64,000 nt of DNA from Methanobacteriota archaeon (GCA_020697715.1 JAEHCO010000005.1:1-64000); one strand, 5' to 3'. Positions 19,097 to 29,136 are shown, counted from the first letter of the stretch. Made by a program: numbers and translations. The notes: generated by a model from the sequence alone, not told the origin.

Positions 19097-20284
19097 ATGA
19101 GATACGAACTAGACCCGGTAAGAGTGAGAAAGATCTTGGGAAATAAGAAACAATTCATAATGGGAGATATGGCGATCGCATACGGTGGTCTTCTGGCAGG
19201 AGTGGGATTCTTCGGAGGATATCCGATCACACCAGCCAGTGAGGTCGCGGAAGGTATGGCCCGTATGCTCCCGAGGGCAGGCGGAACCTTCATTCAGATG
19301 GAGGATGAGATAGCCAGTATGGCAGCGATCATAGGAGCAGCGTGGAGCGGTACGAAGACAATGACCGCGACATCTGGTCCAGGTTTCTCATTGATGATGG
19401 AGAATTATGGATACGCGATAATGACCGAAACACCATGTGTCATTGCCAATGTCCAGAGGACAGGTCCATCAACTGGCCAGCCAACACAGGGTGCCCAGGG
19501 AGATATGCTTCAGACAAGATGGGGAAGTCATGGTGACATGATGGCCATCGCACTCTGCCCAAGCACGGTCCAAGAGTGCTTGGACATGACAATAGAGTCT
19601 TTCAACCTTTCCGAGAAATACAGACATCCAGTCGTTCTTCTGGCAGATGGAGAAGTCGGTCACTTGAGAGAAAAAGTGGTCATCCCAGATGTTGACGAGA
19701 TGGAGCTCTTCGAAAGAATTGAAGCTACTGTTGACAAGGACAAGTTCATACCATACTCAGAATCTCAGACGAATCCTGGAAGCAAAGTTCCGGATTTCCC
19801 AACCTTCGGCTCTGGATACAGATCGTATGTCACTGGCCTCACGCACAATGACATGGGATTCCCGGCAACTGATAAGCAGCCGGACCATGAGAGACTCATA
19901 AATCGTCTGGTCTCCAAGATCACGGACGATCGTGAGAAGCTCACTGATGTTGAAGAGATAGAGCTGGAAGATGCGGAAGTCGTCTTCGTCACATATGGAG
20001 CATCCGCCAGACCAGCAGAGAGCGCGGTCAGGATGGCACGTGCGAAAGGCATCAAGGCAGGAATGCTTAGATTGAAATTAGTATGGCCTTTCCCAGAGAA
20101 GGCCATTTACGACCTTTCCAAGAAAGTGAATAAGATAATAGTTCCAGAGATGAGTCTTGGCCAGATGGTTCATCCGATCAGGGAGTTCGCGGCCAAGGAT
20201 TGCGAAGTTATTGTAGCTCCAAAGGTCGGTGGAGTGATGCACCTTCCAGTTGAGCTTTTAGAATATTTAGAGGAGGGAGCTTAA
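19097..20284 (+). CDS. korA: 2-oxoacid (2-oxoglutarate-type):ferredoxin oxidoreductase alpha subunit
   Basis: GYPITPASE, QMEDEIAS, ATSGPGFSLM, QRTGPSTG. Confidence 0.92.
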   Translation: MRYELDPVRVRKILGNKKQFIMGDMAIAYGGLLAGVGFFGGYPITPASEVAEGMARMLPRAGGTFIQMEDEIASMAAIIGAAWSGTKTMTATSGPGFSLMMENYGYAIMTETPCVIANVQRTGPSTGQPTQGAQGDMLQTRWGSHGDMMAIALCPSTVQECLDMTIESFNLSEKYRHPVVLLADGEVGHLREKVVIPDVDEMELFERIEATVDKDKFIPYSESQTNPGSKVPDFPTFGSGYRSYVTGLTHNDMGFPATDKQPDHERLINRLVSKITDDREKLTDVEEIELEDAEVVFVTYGASARPAESAVRMARAKGIKAGMLRLKLVWPFPEKAIYDLSKKVNKIIVPEMSLGQMVHPIREFAAKDCEVIVAPKVGGVMHLPVELLEYLEEGA

Positions 20285-21162
20285 TGGCGGACATGATAAG
20301 TCAAGCAGAGATGCGCGAGAAATACCTAAGAAAGGGCATGCTGCCAACCATTTTCTGTAATGGTTGCGGCCATGGTTCCTCGCTGGACTACACCTTCAGA
20401 GCGATAGAGGAATTGGGATTGGACCTGGATGATATAGTATTCGCATCAGGTATCGGATGTTCCTCACGTATCCCCGGATACATCAATGCAGATGGATTGC
20501 ACACCACACACGGCAGGTCATTGGCCTTCGCTACAGGGGTTAAAGCTGCAAATCCAGATCTGAATGTTGTTGTCTTCAGTGGAGACGGAGATGCGACTGG
20601 CATAGGAGGAAATCACTTCATCCATGCTGCCAGGCGTAATATCGATATGACTGTGATCATCCTCAACAATTTCATTTATGGAATGACTGGTGGCCAGGTG
20701 GCTCCAACATCACCAAAGGGTACGATCGCGACCACCGCACCGTACGGAAACCTTGAGGGTGCATTTGATATCAGTGAATTGGCGAAATCATTGGGAGCGG
20801 CATACGTGGCCAGATGGCCGGTCTTCTACCCACAACAACCGATCAAATCCATTAAAGATGCTATCTCGACCAGAGGTTTCTCCCTGGTAGAGCTTATGTC
20901 ACCATGCCCAACAGCATACGGCAGAAGGAACAAGCTCGGGAACATAAAGAATCTCTGGGATTGGTATGAGAACAATTCCGTACTTGCAGAGGAATATGAT
21001 AAGATCATGAACTATGGAACCGATGAAGAGAAAGCTGCAACCATTAACAAGATCAAGATAGGTGTGTTCCAGCATACGGAAAAAGTTGGTTTCTTCGAGG
21101 CCTATGAGGAACAGATAAAGAATCTGATGGCAAATGATGACAAGAAATGGGGAGGTGTATAG
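20284..21162 (+). CDS. korB: 2-oxoacid:ferredoxin oxidoreductase beta subunit (TPP-binding)
   Basis: FCNGCG, SGIGCS, HTTHGR, GDGD...NN, YGMTGGQ. Confidence 0.92.
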   Translation: MADMISQAEMREKYLRKGMLPTIFCNGCGHGSSLDYTFRAIEELGLDLDDIVFASGIGCSSRIPGYINADGLHTTHGRSLAFATGVKAANPDLNVVVFSGDGDATGIGGNHFIHAARRNIDMTVIILNNFIYGMTGGQVAPTSPKGTIATTAPYGNLEGAFDISELAKSLGAAYVARWPVFYPQQPIKSIKDAISTRGFSLVELMSPCPTAYGRRNKLGNIKNLWDWYENNSVLAEEYDKIMNYGTDEEKAATINKIKIGVFQHTEKVGFFEAYEEQIKNLMANDDKKWGGV

Positions 21163-21163
21163 G

Positions 21164-21706
21164 ATGAAAAAGGAAATTCAGGTAGCGGGATTCGGTGGCC
21201 AGGGAGTTATTCTTTCCGGTTTCATTATCGGAAAGGCCGCATGTGTCTTTGCAGACCTCAATGCGGTGCAGAGCCAGTCCTACGGTCCAGAGGCAAGAGG
21301 AGGAGCAGCAAAGACAGCTGTTATTATCTCTGACGAGACCATCGGATACCCAAGACCAACAAGCATCGATGTCTTTGTCGCAATGGCTCAAGAGGCCTTC
21401 AATTCATACCTTCCAGACTGCCGTGATGATACGGTCTTGATCATAGATCCTGACCTTGTCACACAGAGCGATGTAGGAAGACCAATTTACAAAGTAAGAG
21501 TTCAGAAGATCGCGGAGGAACTTGGAAACAAGATCGTCACCAATATCGCGATGGTCGGTGCACTGACCGGAATATATGACCTTGGTGTACCGGATGAGGC
21601 AGTCAAGCAGGCGGTCATAGACAGTGTTCCAAAGAAGTTCATGGAACTGAATATCAATGCCTTTGAAAAAGGCCTCGAGGCGGGTAAGAATGCAAGACCA
21701 GAATGA
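21164..21706 (+). CDS. korC: 2-oxoacid:ferredoxin oxidoreductase gamma subunit
   Basis: AGFGGQGV, SYGPEARGG. Confidence 0.92.
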   Translation: MKKEIQVAGFGGQGVILSGFIIGKAACVFADLNAVQSQSYGPEARGGAAKTAVIISDETIGYPRPTSIDVFVAMAQEAFNSYLPDCRDDTVLIIDPDLVTQSDVGRPIYKVRVQKIAEELGNKIVTNIAMVGALTGIYDLGVPDEAVKQAVIDSVPKKFMELNINAFEKGLEAGKNARPE

Positions 21707-24700
21707 ATATTTCGAGCAGTACTACGAGGAAGTCGATCTTCATGATGATTATCTCATGATCCCTCCAGAGCTCGCGCTCTTGGAAGCCGAGGAAAATGAG
21801 ATCGAAGTGAAAAAGGACGGTCTCGCAAAGAATAAGCTGGCTGCAGGCAGAAGGATAAACGGAGACGTGCTGATAGTGGGAGCTGGCATATCGGGTATGC
21901 AGGCTGCTCTGGACACAGCGGACAAGGGATATCGTGTTATTCTGATAGAGAAATCTTCCACGATAGGCGGGAACATGGTCAAACTTGACAAGACCTTCCC
22001 GACAAATGACTGCTCCATATGCACGGCGGCCCCCAAGATGGTGGAAGTATCCAGACATCCGAACATCACTCTGATGACCTATGCGGATGTCATGTCACTT
22101 GAAGGTGAGAAGGGAGACTTCACGGCTCACATATACAGGAAATCTGCCTATGTAGATCCAGATGTCTGTACCGGTTGCGGAGATTGCGCAACTGCCTGTC
22201 CAGTCGAGGTCATAAATCCTTTTGATGACAAGCTGTCAAAGAGAAAAGGAATATCCATCGAATTCCCACAGGCTGTACCAATTGTATATTCCATAAACTA
22301 TGATAATTGCGTCGGATGCGGCTCTTGCGAGAGAGTGTGCGATGCAGGTGCGATCTCGTTCCTCAGGAAATCCGAGGACATTGAGGTCAAAATAGGCAGT
22401 GTGATAGTCGCAACTGGCTATGATCTATTCGAACCTCTGGAAATGAGGAAGGAATACGGTTATGGAAAGTATCCGAATGTCATAACCGCGATGCAGTTCG
22501 AGAGGCTTTTATCTTCTTTCGGTCCAACCGAGGGCAAGATACTGAGACCCTCTGATGGAACAGCACCCAAGTCAATTGGCTGGATACAATGCGTCGGATC
22601 CAGAAGCAAGCAGCTTGGTTTCCCATATTGTTCCAGGGTTTGCTGTATGTACGCGACCAAGGAAGCGGCCATAACTAAGGAGATCGACGATAGCCTTGAA
22701 GTTACAATTTTCTACATGGATATCAGAGCTTATGGAAAGGATTTCCAGCAATATTATGACAAAGCCAAGGACATGGGCGTGAATTACATCCGTGCCAGAC
22801 CATCCTCCGTGTATCAGAACGAGGATGGAAGTATCGCTGTAAGGTACATGGACACCCATACAAGGGAAATACTGGACATGAACCTCGATATGCTGGTGCT
22901 TTCCACGGCCATCATGCCATCAAAACAAAATCCGAAACTGGGCAAAGTGCTCGGTATCGGTGTGGATCATAATGGATTCTTTGAATCCGGCTCTATTGTC
23001 TCAGACCCGATACAAACCACAAGAGATGGAGTGTTCCTGGCCGGCTGTAATCAAGGCCCGAAGGATATTCCAGACAGTGTGGCGATGGCCAGCGGAGCAG
23101 CCGCAAGAGCCGTCGAGGCCATTGTGGAGAGAGAGAAAGCAGATGCGGTCAAACCACCGGAACAAAAGGATGTGTCTGGTGATAAGCCAAAGATCGGTGT
23201 CTTCGTCTGCCATTGTGGAAAGAATATCAATGGCTATCTTGACTGCGCGGATGTCGCGGATACCGTCCGTGATGACCCGAATGTGGAATATTCCACAGAT
23301 GTTATGTTCGCCTGCTCTGAGGATTCACAGACCGATATTAGGAAGACCATCGAGGAAAAAGGTCTCAATCGTGTGATAGTCGCGGCTTGTTCACCGATCA
23401 CTCATGGCGGTCTGTTCCAGGATACTCTGGAAGAATCTGGCCTTAATAAATATCTATTTGAATTTGCCAATATCAGACAGCATTGCTCCTGGGTCCATTC
23501 CCATGATAGGGAGAAGGCCACCCAGAAAGCGAAAGACCTTGTGAGGATGGGTATTTCCAAATCCGTGCTTCTTGAGCCATTGAGCCAGGAAGAGGTGGAT
23601 GTCATACCTGTCACGGTCATCATCGGAGGAGGCATCGCGGGCATGAAAGCCGCAATGGCACTTTCCGATATGGAGATCGAGACACATATCATCGAGATGG
23701 GTGACAAGCTTGGTGGAAATCTGAATAAGCTTCACAGTCTATTCCCCACAGAGCTTGACCCAAGCCAGCTTGCCAATGAAATGCGGACGAAGATCGAGGC
23801 ATCTGACTACATCAAGGTTCACCTCAATACCACATTGGAGAATGTTGAGGGATTCATCGGCAATTTCAAGGCATACATGAAGAGCCCAGGCGGAGATTCC
23901 GAATTAGAATTCGGAACAGCCATCATCGCATCTGGCTTTGGAGAGATAGACATGGCCGGGAAATACGGCTATGGAAATAATCCGAAAATAATGACCCAGA
24001 TGGAATTGGAAGGCCGCCTCATAGCGGATGACCTTGAAAAACCAAAGTCCATCGTGATGATCAACTGTGCCGGAGCCATGGATGAAGAAAGACCGTGGTG
24101 CTGCAGGATAGGTTGTGGCGTGTCCATTAAGAATGCCAAGCTTCTGAAAGAGAAGTATCCGGATGCGGAGATCAATATCCTTTACCGGGATATACGTGTC
24201 TTCGGCAAAGAAGAGGAAGAATACTTCGCCGATGTCATCGAGAACATGCACGTGAAGATAACAAGGTACTCGGATGTGGAGAAACCACAAGTCGTCATCA
24301 ATGATGATGGATCTGTCATGGTCAAGGTAAGGGATCAGATATACAATGACGAGATGGAATTATCTGCAGATCTACTGGTACTCACTGCCCAGACAGAAGG
24401 AAGCGAGTCCACGGACAAACTCCAGCAGATGTTCAAGATACCTGTTGGACCCGGACATTTCTTCATAGAGGCGCATGCCAAGATCAGACCGCTGGATTTC
24501 GCAACAGATGGTGTTTACTTCTGTGGAAGCGCGCATTTCCCCAAGAACCTGGCAGACGCTATCGCCCAGGCCGAGGGAGCCGCATCAAGAGCCGCCATTC
24601 CGATAATGAAACAGAGACTGGTATTGGAAGGTATAACCGCCATAGTCGAGCCAGATATGTGTGTTGGCTGTGGAATTTGCGCAGAGGCATGTCCCTTCGG

Positions 24701-24863
24701 AGCCATTGATCTTATCAAAGGCAAGGCCGTGGTAAATGAAGCACTGTGCAAAGGTTGTGGATTATGCAATGCCACCTGTAGATCTGGAGCTATACAACAG
24801 AAAGGCTTCAATGATCATCAGATACTCAGTATGATCAAAAGCTCATTGAACGAGGTGTTCTAG
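21690..24863 (+). CDS. hdrA: Heterodisulfide reductase subunit A-like, two tandem FAD modules
   Basis: GAGISG..KLDKTFPTNDCSIC, IQCVGSR..CSRVCC, second module IGVFVCHCG..GGGIAG..CCRIGC, C-terminal ferredoxin; start uncertain (21690 or 21756). Confidence 0.92.
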   Translation: MQDQNEYFEQYYEEVDLHDDYLMIPPELALLEAEENEIEVKKDGLAKNKLAAGRRINGDVLIVGAGISGMQAALDTADKGYRVILIEKSSTIGGNMVKLDKTFPTNDCSICTAAPKMVEVSRHPNITLMTYADVMSLEGEKGDFTAHIYRKSAYVDPDVCTGCGDCATACPVEVINPFDDKLSKRKGISIEFPQAVPIVYSINYDNCVGCGSCERVCDAGAISFLRKSEDIEVKIGSVIVATGYDLFEPLEMRKEYGYGKYPNVITAMQFERLLSSFGPTEGKILRPSDGTAPKSIGWIQCVGSRSKQLGFPYCSRVCCMYATKEAAITKEIDDSLEVTIFYMDIRAYGKDFQQYYDKAKDMGVNYIRARPSSVYQNEDGSIAVRYMDTHTREILDMNLDMLVLSTAIMPSKQNPKLGKVLGIGVDHNGFFESGSIVSDPIQTTRDGVFLAGCNQGPKDIPDSVAMASGAAARAVEAIVEREKADAVKPPEQKDVSGDKPKIGVFVCHCGKNINGYLDCADVADTVRDDPNVEYSTDVMFACSEDSQTDIRKTIEEKGLNRVIVAACSPITHGGLFQDTLEESGLNKYLFEFANIRQHCSWVHSHDREKATQKAKDLVRMGISKSVLLEPLSQEEVDVIPVTVIIGGGIAGMKAAMALSDMEIETHIIEMGDKLGGNLNKLHSLFPTELDPSQLANEMRTKIEASDYIKVHLNTTLENVEGFIGNFKAYMKSPGGDSELEFGTAIIASGFGEIDMAGKYGYGNNPKIMTQMELEGRLIADDLEKPKSIVMINCAGAMDEERPWCCRIGCGVSIKNAKLLKEKYPDAEINILYRDIRVFGKEEEEYFADVIENMHVKITRYSDVEKPQVVINDDGSVMVKVRDQIYNDEMELSADLLVLTAQTEGSESTDKLQQMFKIPVGPGHFFIEAHAKIRPLDFATDGVYFCGSAHFPKNLADAIAQAEGAASRAAIPIMKQRLVLEGITAIVEPDMCVGCGICAEACPFGAIDLIKGKAVVNEALCKGCGLCNATCRSGAIQQKGFNDHQILSMIKSSLNEVF

Positions 24864-25292
24864 ATGACGGATGATAATTTCGAGCCGAAGATAATAGGAT
24901 TCCTGTGCAACTGGTGCTCGTATACAGGAGCGGATCTGGCTGGTGTATCACGTATCCAGTACCCTTCAAACATTCGTATCATCAAGGTCATGTGCTCTGG
25001 TCGTGTCAATCCACAGTTCGTGCTCAAGGCTTTCCAAGAAGGAGCGGATGGGGTTCTTGTTTCAGGATGCCACCCAGGTGATTGTCATTATATCGAGGGT
25101 AATTACCACGCCCGCCGAAAGCTGACAATGCTCTCAGATATTCTTGAATTCACAGGCATCGAGCCAGAGAGATTCCAGATGTCATGGGTATCTGCCTCGG
25201 AAGGTAAGAAGTTCGCCGAGATCGTGACCGCCTTTACAGAGCAGGTGAAGGAACTTGGACCCCAGAAGAAACTTGCTGGAGGTGAGAAGTAA
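24864..25292 (+). CDS. mvhD: MvhD-like [2Fe-2S] subunit
   Basis: FLCNWCSYTGAD, VMCSGRV, GCHPGDCHY. Confidence 0.93.
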   Translation: MTDDNFEPKIIGFLCNWCSYTGADLAGVSRIQYPSNIRIIKVMCSGRVNPQFVLKAFQEGADGVLVSGCHPGDCHYIEGNYHARRKLTMLSDILEFTGIEPERFQMSWVSASEGKKFAEIVTAFTEQVKELGPQKKLAGGEK

Positions 25293-26299
25293 TGGTCGAT
25301 TACAATGCAATGACCCTGGATATACGCGCCAAGGCAAAGGCAATGCTTGAGAACAAAGAGGTCAAGTACATCATTGGCTGGGAAAGAGGTGCTAATTCAT
25401 TCATATCCAGGCCAGTGATCATAAGGGATGCAGGCGACACGGACAGGCTGGTATGGAATCCAGGTTGCGTGGACAATCTTACCAGATACCTTGTTGAGGA
25501 AATGCAGTACAAGCCCAAGAGGGGGGAAGAACCAGACCTCAGCCCGGTTGGTATCATTGTGAAGCCATGCGACTCTAAATCAATTGTCGAACTTATCAAA
25601 GAAAATATCGTGCCCCGAGAGAGGGTGAAGATCATCGCTGTAACAAATATTGGCACAGTGGAAACTAACAAGCTCAGAAAAATCCTTCAGAAGATACCAC
25701 AGGACAAAAGAGCGGGCATCGATATCTTACAGGATGATAATGAGTTCACTATCAAGTATGAAGGCGGGGAACTGAAAGTTCCGCGACCGGAATTATTAGC
25801 CAATAAATGCGAAACATGTGTCACACACAATCCAGTGATACACGATGTCGTCATTGGCGATAAGATCGAAGGCTTCGAAAAGGATGAATGGGCAGATGTG
25901 GCCGAGCTGGAAAATATGAGCCCGGAAGAAAGATGGAAATTCTGGGAAGCACAGATATCCAAATGCGTGAGATGTTACGCTTGCCGCGATTCATGTTCAC
26001 TATGCTATTGTGCAGAGTGCGTCTTCGACAAGGAGAAACCATTCACCTGGATCGATAAAACTGTAGATGTGAGCAATAATATGTTCTACCATCTGGTCAG
26101 AGCGATGCATCTGGCAGGTAGATGTGTAGATTGCGGTGAATGCGAGCGTGTTTGCCCGGTGAACATACCAATCAGGAAGCTCAATCGCCTTCTTTTGAAG
26201 AGTGCGAAAGATCGATACAGGATATACCCAGGTATGAATCCAGAGGACAAGCCGATGTTCGGAAGCTATGACATTGCAGACCCAGATGAGGTGGTATGA
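25292..26299 (+). CDS. FlxC/D-like [4Fe-4S] protein
   Basis: KPCD, CVRCYACRDSCSLCYC, HLAGRCVDCGECERVCP. Confidence 0.8.
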   Translation: MVDYNAMTLDIRAKAKAMLENKEVKYIIGWERGANSFISRPVIIRDAGDTDRLVWNPGCVDNLTRYLVEEMQYKPKRGEEPDLSPVGIIVKPCDSKSIVELIKENIVPRERVKIIAVTNIGTVETNKLRKILQKIPQDKRAGIDILQDDNEFTIKYEGGELKVPRPELLANKCETCVTHNPVIHDVVIGDKIEGFEKDEWADVAELENMSPEERWKFWEAQISKCVRCYACRDSCSLCYCAECVFDKEKPFTWIDKTVDVSNNMFYHLVRAMHLAGRCVDCGECERVCPVNIPIRKLNRLLLKSAKDRYRIYPGMNPEDKPMFGSYDIADPDEVV

Positions 26300-26440
26300 A
26301 TGCGAGAACAAAGTGATTGCATTCAAAAGCTTGAGGGAACCGAGAGGTTCGGAATGGGTTCGTTACTACTCACCATTCATCTCGAAGTTTCCAAATTTAT
26401 GGAAACTTCCCATGCGTCTTTCATTCAGGAGGTGAAATGA
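26300..26440 (+). other. Multi-hairpin junction insert that is also a 46-aa open frame
   Basis: Four stem-loops; ATG directly after upstream TGA, and its TGA overlaps the next gene's ATG. Confidence 0.6.
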
Positions 26441-27471
26441 TGGCGGAAATGATCATCAAGAAAGTAAGAGTGGATGGCCTATTCGAAGCAATGAAAGGCA
26501 AGGATGTCTATGCTCCTGTTACAGAAGATGGCATAAGCAGATTCAAACTTGTGGATGGCACTCCAAACCTTAAATTCAAAAATTCAAGAAAGCCACCAAA
26601 GGAAGCTTTCTTCCCCCAGACCGAGAAGATGTTCGATCTGGTCAAGGATGGAACGCGATTCGTCGGAGCAAAGGATGTTCCATCTCGTGACAAAGATATC
26701 GTCATGTTCGGAATAAGACCCTGCGATGGACGTGCCTTTAATGTTCTGGACGAATTGTTCAACTGGGACTACAAGGATCCTTATTATCTGGACAAAAGGG
26801 AGAAGGCCACGGTCATAGGACTGGCCTGCACCTTGCCAGAGATGCCGAATAACAATTGCTTCTGCACATCCATGGGTGGCAGTCCGGGATCCAGCGAGGG
26901 AATGGACATGCTCTGGGTGGACATAGGAGATTCTTACTATGTCGAGTCTCTTAATGATAAAGGCAATGCCATATTGGAACTTGGAAAAGGCATATTCGAG
27001 GAATCTGGCGATGATATAAGATCATCGGCTGGAAAGGCAATAGAGGATGCCGCCAATGCCATTGATCGTAAGCTGGACACAGACGGAGTGCGTGATGCAC
27101 TCGCCAAGACCTTTGACAATGATTATTGGGCCGAGTTCTCCAAGAGATGCATGGGATGCGGCATATGCACCTTCCTGTGTCCGACCTGCCATTGTTTCGA
27201 TATACAAGATATCGTAAAGAATGGCGAAGGCGTGAGACAGAGAACATGGGATTCCTGCCAATTCGACTATTACAGCATACATGCTTCAAATCATAATCCA
27301 AGGCCAGAGAAAAAGAACAGACAACGCAACCGTGTTTATCACAAGTTCTACTATTCGGAGAATAAACTTGGACTTGTTGGATGTGTCGGTTGCGGAAGAT
27401 GTATCAATCTCTGCCCGGTGAATATCGATATAATTGAAGTGATCCAAGGCGCGAAGGAGTTGGGCCAATGA
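26437..27471 (+). CDS. FlxB/AsrA-like [4Fe-4S] subunit
   Basis: FGIRPCD, CFC, CMGCGICTFLCPTCHCF, RTWDSC, CVGCGRCINLCP. Confidence 0.85.
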   Translation: MMAEMIIKKVRVDGLFEAMKGKDVYAPVTEDGISRFKLVDGTPNLKFKNSRKPPKEAFFPQTEKMFDLVKDGTRFVGAKDVPSRDKDIVMFGIRPCDGRAFNVLDELFNWDYKDPYYLDKREKATVIGLACTLPEMPNNNCFCTSMGGSPGSSEGMDMLWVDIGDSYYVESLNDKGNAILELGKGIFEESGDDIRSSAGKAIEDAANAIDRKLDTDGVRDALAKTFDNDYWAEFSKRCMGCGICTFLCPTCHCFDIQDIVKNGEGVRQRTWDSCQFDYYSIHASNHNPRPEKKNRQRNRVYHKFYYSENKLGLVGCVGCGRCINLCPVNIDIIEVIQGAKELGQ

Positions 27472-28400
27472 GCAGAGACAATGTTTACAAGCCAGATACA
27501 GCGACAGTAACAGACATACAGCTCGAAGCTGGCGGTGGCAGACCCATCAGGACCATGACCTTCCAGGTTGATGATCCAGCAGAGAGGAAGAAATTCCTGC
27601 ACAAGCCAGGTCAGTTCATAATAATCAGTTACTTCGGAACCGGAGAGAGCGTGTTCGCGATATCCTCGCTTCCAAACGAGGATGGTATCATCCAGGTATC
27701 CGCAATGAAGGTAGGAAATGTAACTGGAAGACTTCATGCTCTTGCAGTTGGTGATAAGGTCGGCGTTAGAGGGCCTTACGGCAAGGATTTCCCTGTTGAC
27801 GAATGGAAGGGGAAGAACCTTGTGTTCATAGGCGCGGGCATCGGTATATCGCCTGTAAGGGCTGTTTATCAGTATGTACTAACACCGGAGCAAAGGAAGA
27901 ACTACGGTGATGTGACATTGATCTACGGAGCAAGGACACCTGCGGATCTCGCCTTTAAGGACGAGTTCAAAGAGATGGACACCAGAGATGATCTGAATCT
28001 CTGGCTTTGCATCGACTGGAAGTTCGGGCCAAAGGGACCGATAGAGGGCAATGCACACACTGACTGGCCAGCCATCAATATGAGCGCGCCAGGCGATACA
28101 GTCATTCCCGAAGGCGTTAACAAATTCACCGCCTTCGTTCCTCAGCTTGTCGAGGTCGTGAAGCCGAAGCCAGAAAATGCCATAGTTGTCACATGCGGAC
28201 CACCAATTGCCATTAAGTTCATCACACAGGCACTTGCCAAACTGGGCTGGAGCCCGGATCAGGTTTACACAACATTGGAGAACAGGATGAAATGCGGTAT
28301 TGGTAAATGCGGCAGATGTAATGTTGGCGACAACTATGTCTGCAAGGACGGGCCAGTCTTCACTCAAAAAGAGATCTCCGAGATGTTCGACGACCAGTAA
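27468..28400 (+). CDS. FlxA/AsrB-like FAD/NAD(H)-binding [2Fe-2S] oxidoreductase
   Basis: PGQF, RGPYG, GAGIGISP, CGPP, MKCGIGKCGRC..VCKDGPVF. Confidence 0.88.
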   Translation: MSRDNVYKPDTATVTDIQLEAGGGRPIRTMTFQVDDPAERKKFLHKPGQFIIISYFGTGESVFAISSLPNEDGIIQVSAMKVGNVTGRLHALAVGDKVGVRGPYGKDFPVDEWKGKNLVFIGAGIGISPVRAVYQYVLTPEQRKNYGDVTLIYGARTPADLAFKDEFKEMDTRDDLNLWLCIDWKFGPKGPIEGNAHTDWPAINMSAPGDTVIPEGVNKFTAFVPQLVEVVKPKPENAIVVTCGPPIAIKFITQALAKLGWSPDQVYTTLENRMKCGIGKCGRCNVGDNYVCKDGPVFTQKEISEMFDDQ

Positions 28401-28589
28401 GATGAACTATCGAAAATGAATATTATCCTATCGAATAGCAATAGCTCAGCCAAAACTTCAAATCATTATCATATCAAATAATGTAAAGACCAGAGGGAGC
28501 AATAATAACAATAAATCATTAATTTTGAAAGTCATACCAGAAACTATATAATCGTGTTCAAACATAATTAACTTAATTCGGTGGGTACG

Positions 28590-29042
28590 ATGACAGGGGA
28601 AGAAGAACAACACGTTAGAAATATGATAGATTATGTAGAAGGCCAGGTAGAGCATGGCATGAGGATCGGGGCAGACCTGCAAGAAGTTGCGAATATGCTG
28701 GCAGGCGCGAAGATGATGCTCGATGGCGGGCTTATACAAGAGGCCGCCAATATGTCCGAGCTTGCCCTGGAATTGGCGAATTACACCCTGCAACATCACA
28801 AATTATTGGTGACCACCATAAAGAAAGGAAGACAAATGGTGGATGAGATCGTCAATAATGGTGGAGAAGTTAGTGAATATATCGAATTATTATTGAAGGC
28901 CGAGGAGGCGCTTGAGAGATCGGAGCTCAAGGAAGGTGTTGATTATGCTATGAAATGCGTCAATTGCCTTGAGCAGTACAGCTCCACCATGGAAAATAAG
29001 CCAGAGGGCCCCAAATCTGATGAGAAAGAATTTATTGTTTGA
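28590..29042 (+). CDS. Hypothetical alpha-helical protein
   Basis: Open frame with helical, acidic composition; no motif recognised. Confidence 0.6.
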   Translation: MTGEEEQHVRNMIDYVEGQVEHGMRIGADLQEVANMLAGAKMMLDGGLIQEAANMSELALELANYTLQHHKLLVTTIKKGRQMVDEIVNNGGEVSEYIELLLKAEEALERSELKEGVDYAMKCVNCLEQYSSTMENKPEGPKSDEKEFIV

Positions 29043-29136
29043 TAAATAAATAGCGGACTCCGAAGTTCGCTACAAAATTATAATGAATGTAGAACGCGAA
29101 CTTATGAGTCCGCAGATAATGGGATAAAAAATATAG

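Noticed and set aside
21690-25292. Selenocysteine recoding in HdrA/MvhD
   Set aside because: Both frames are open with Cys at the usual Sec positions; no in-frame TGA
15055-28400. Evidence of methanogenesis or sulfite reduction
   Set aside because: No mcr, mtr, hydrogenase large subunit or AsrC/Dsr gene in the window; Hdr-Flx modules are widespread in fermenters
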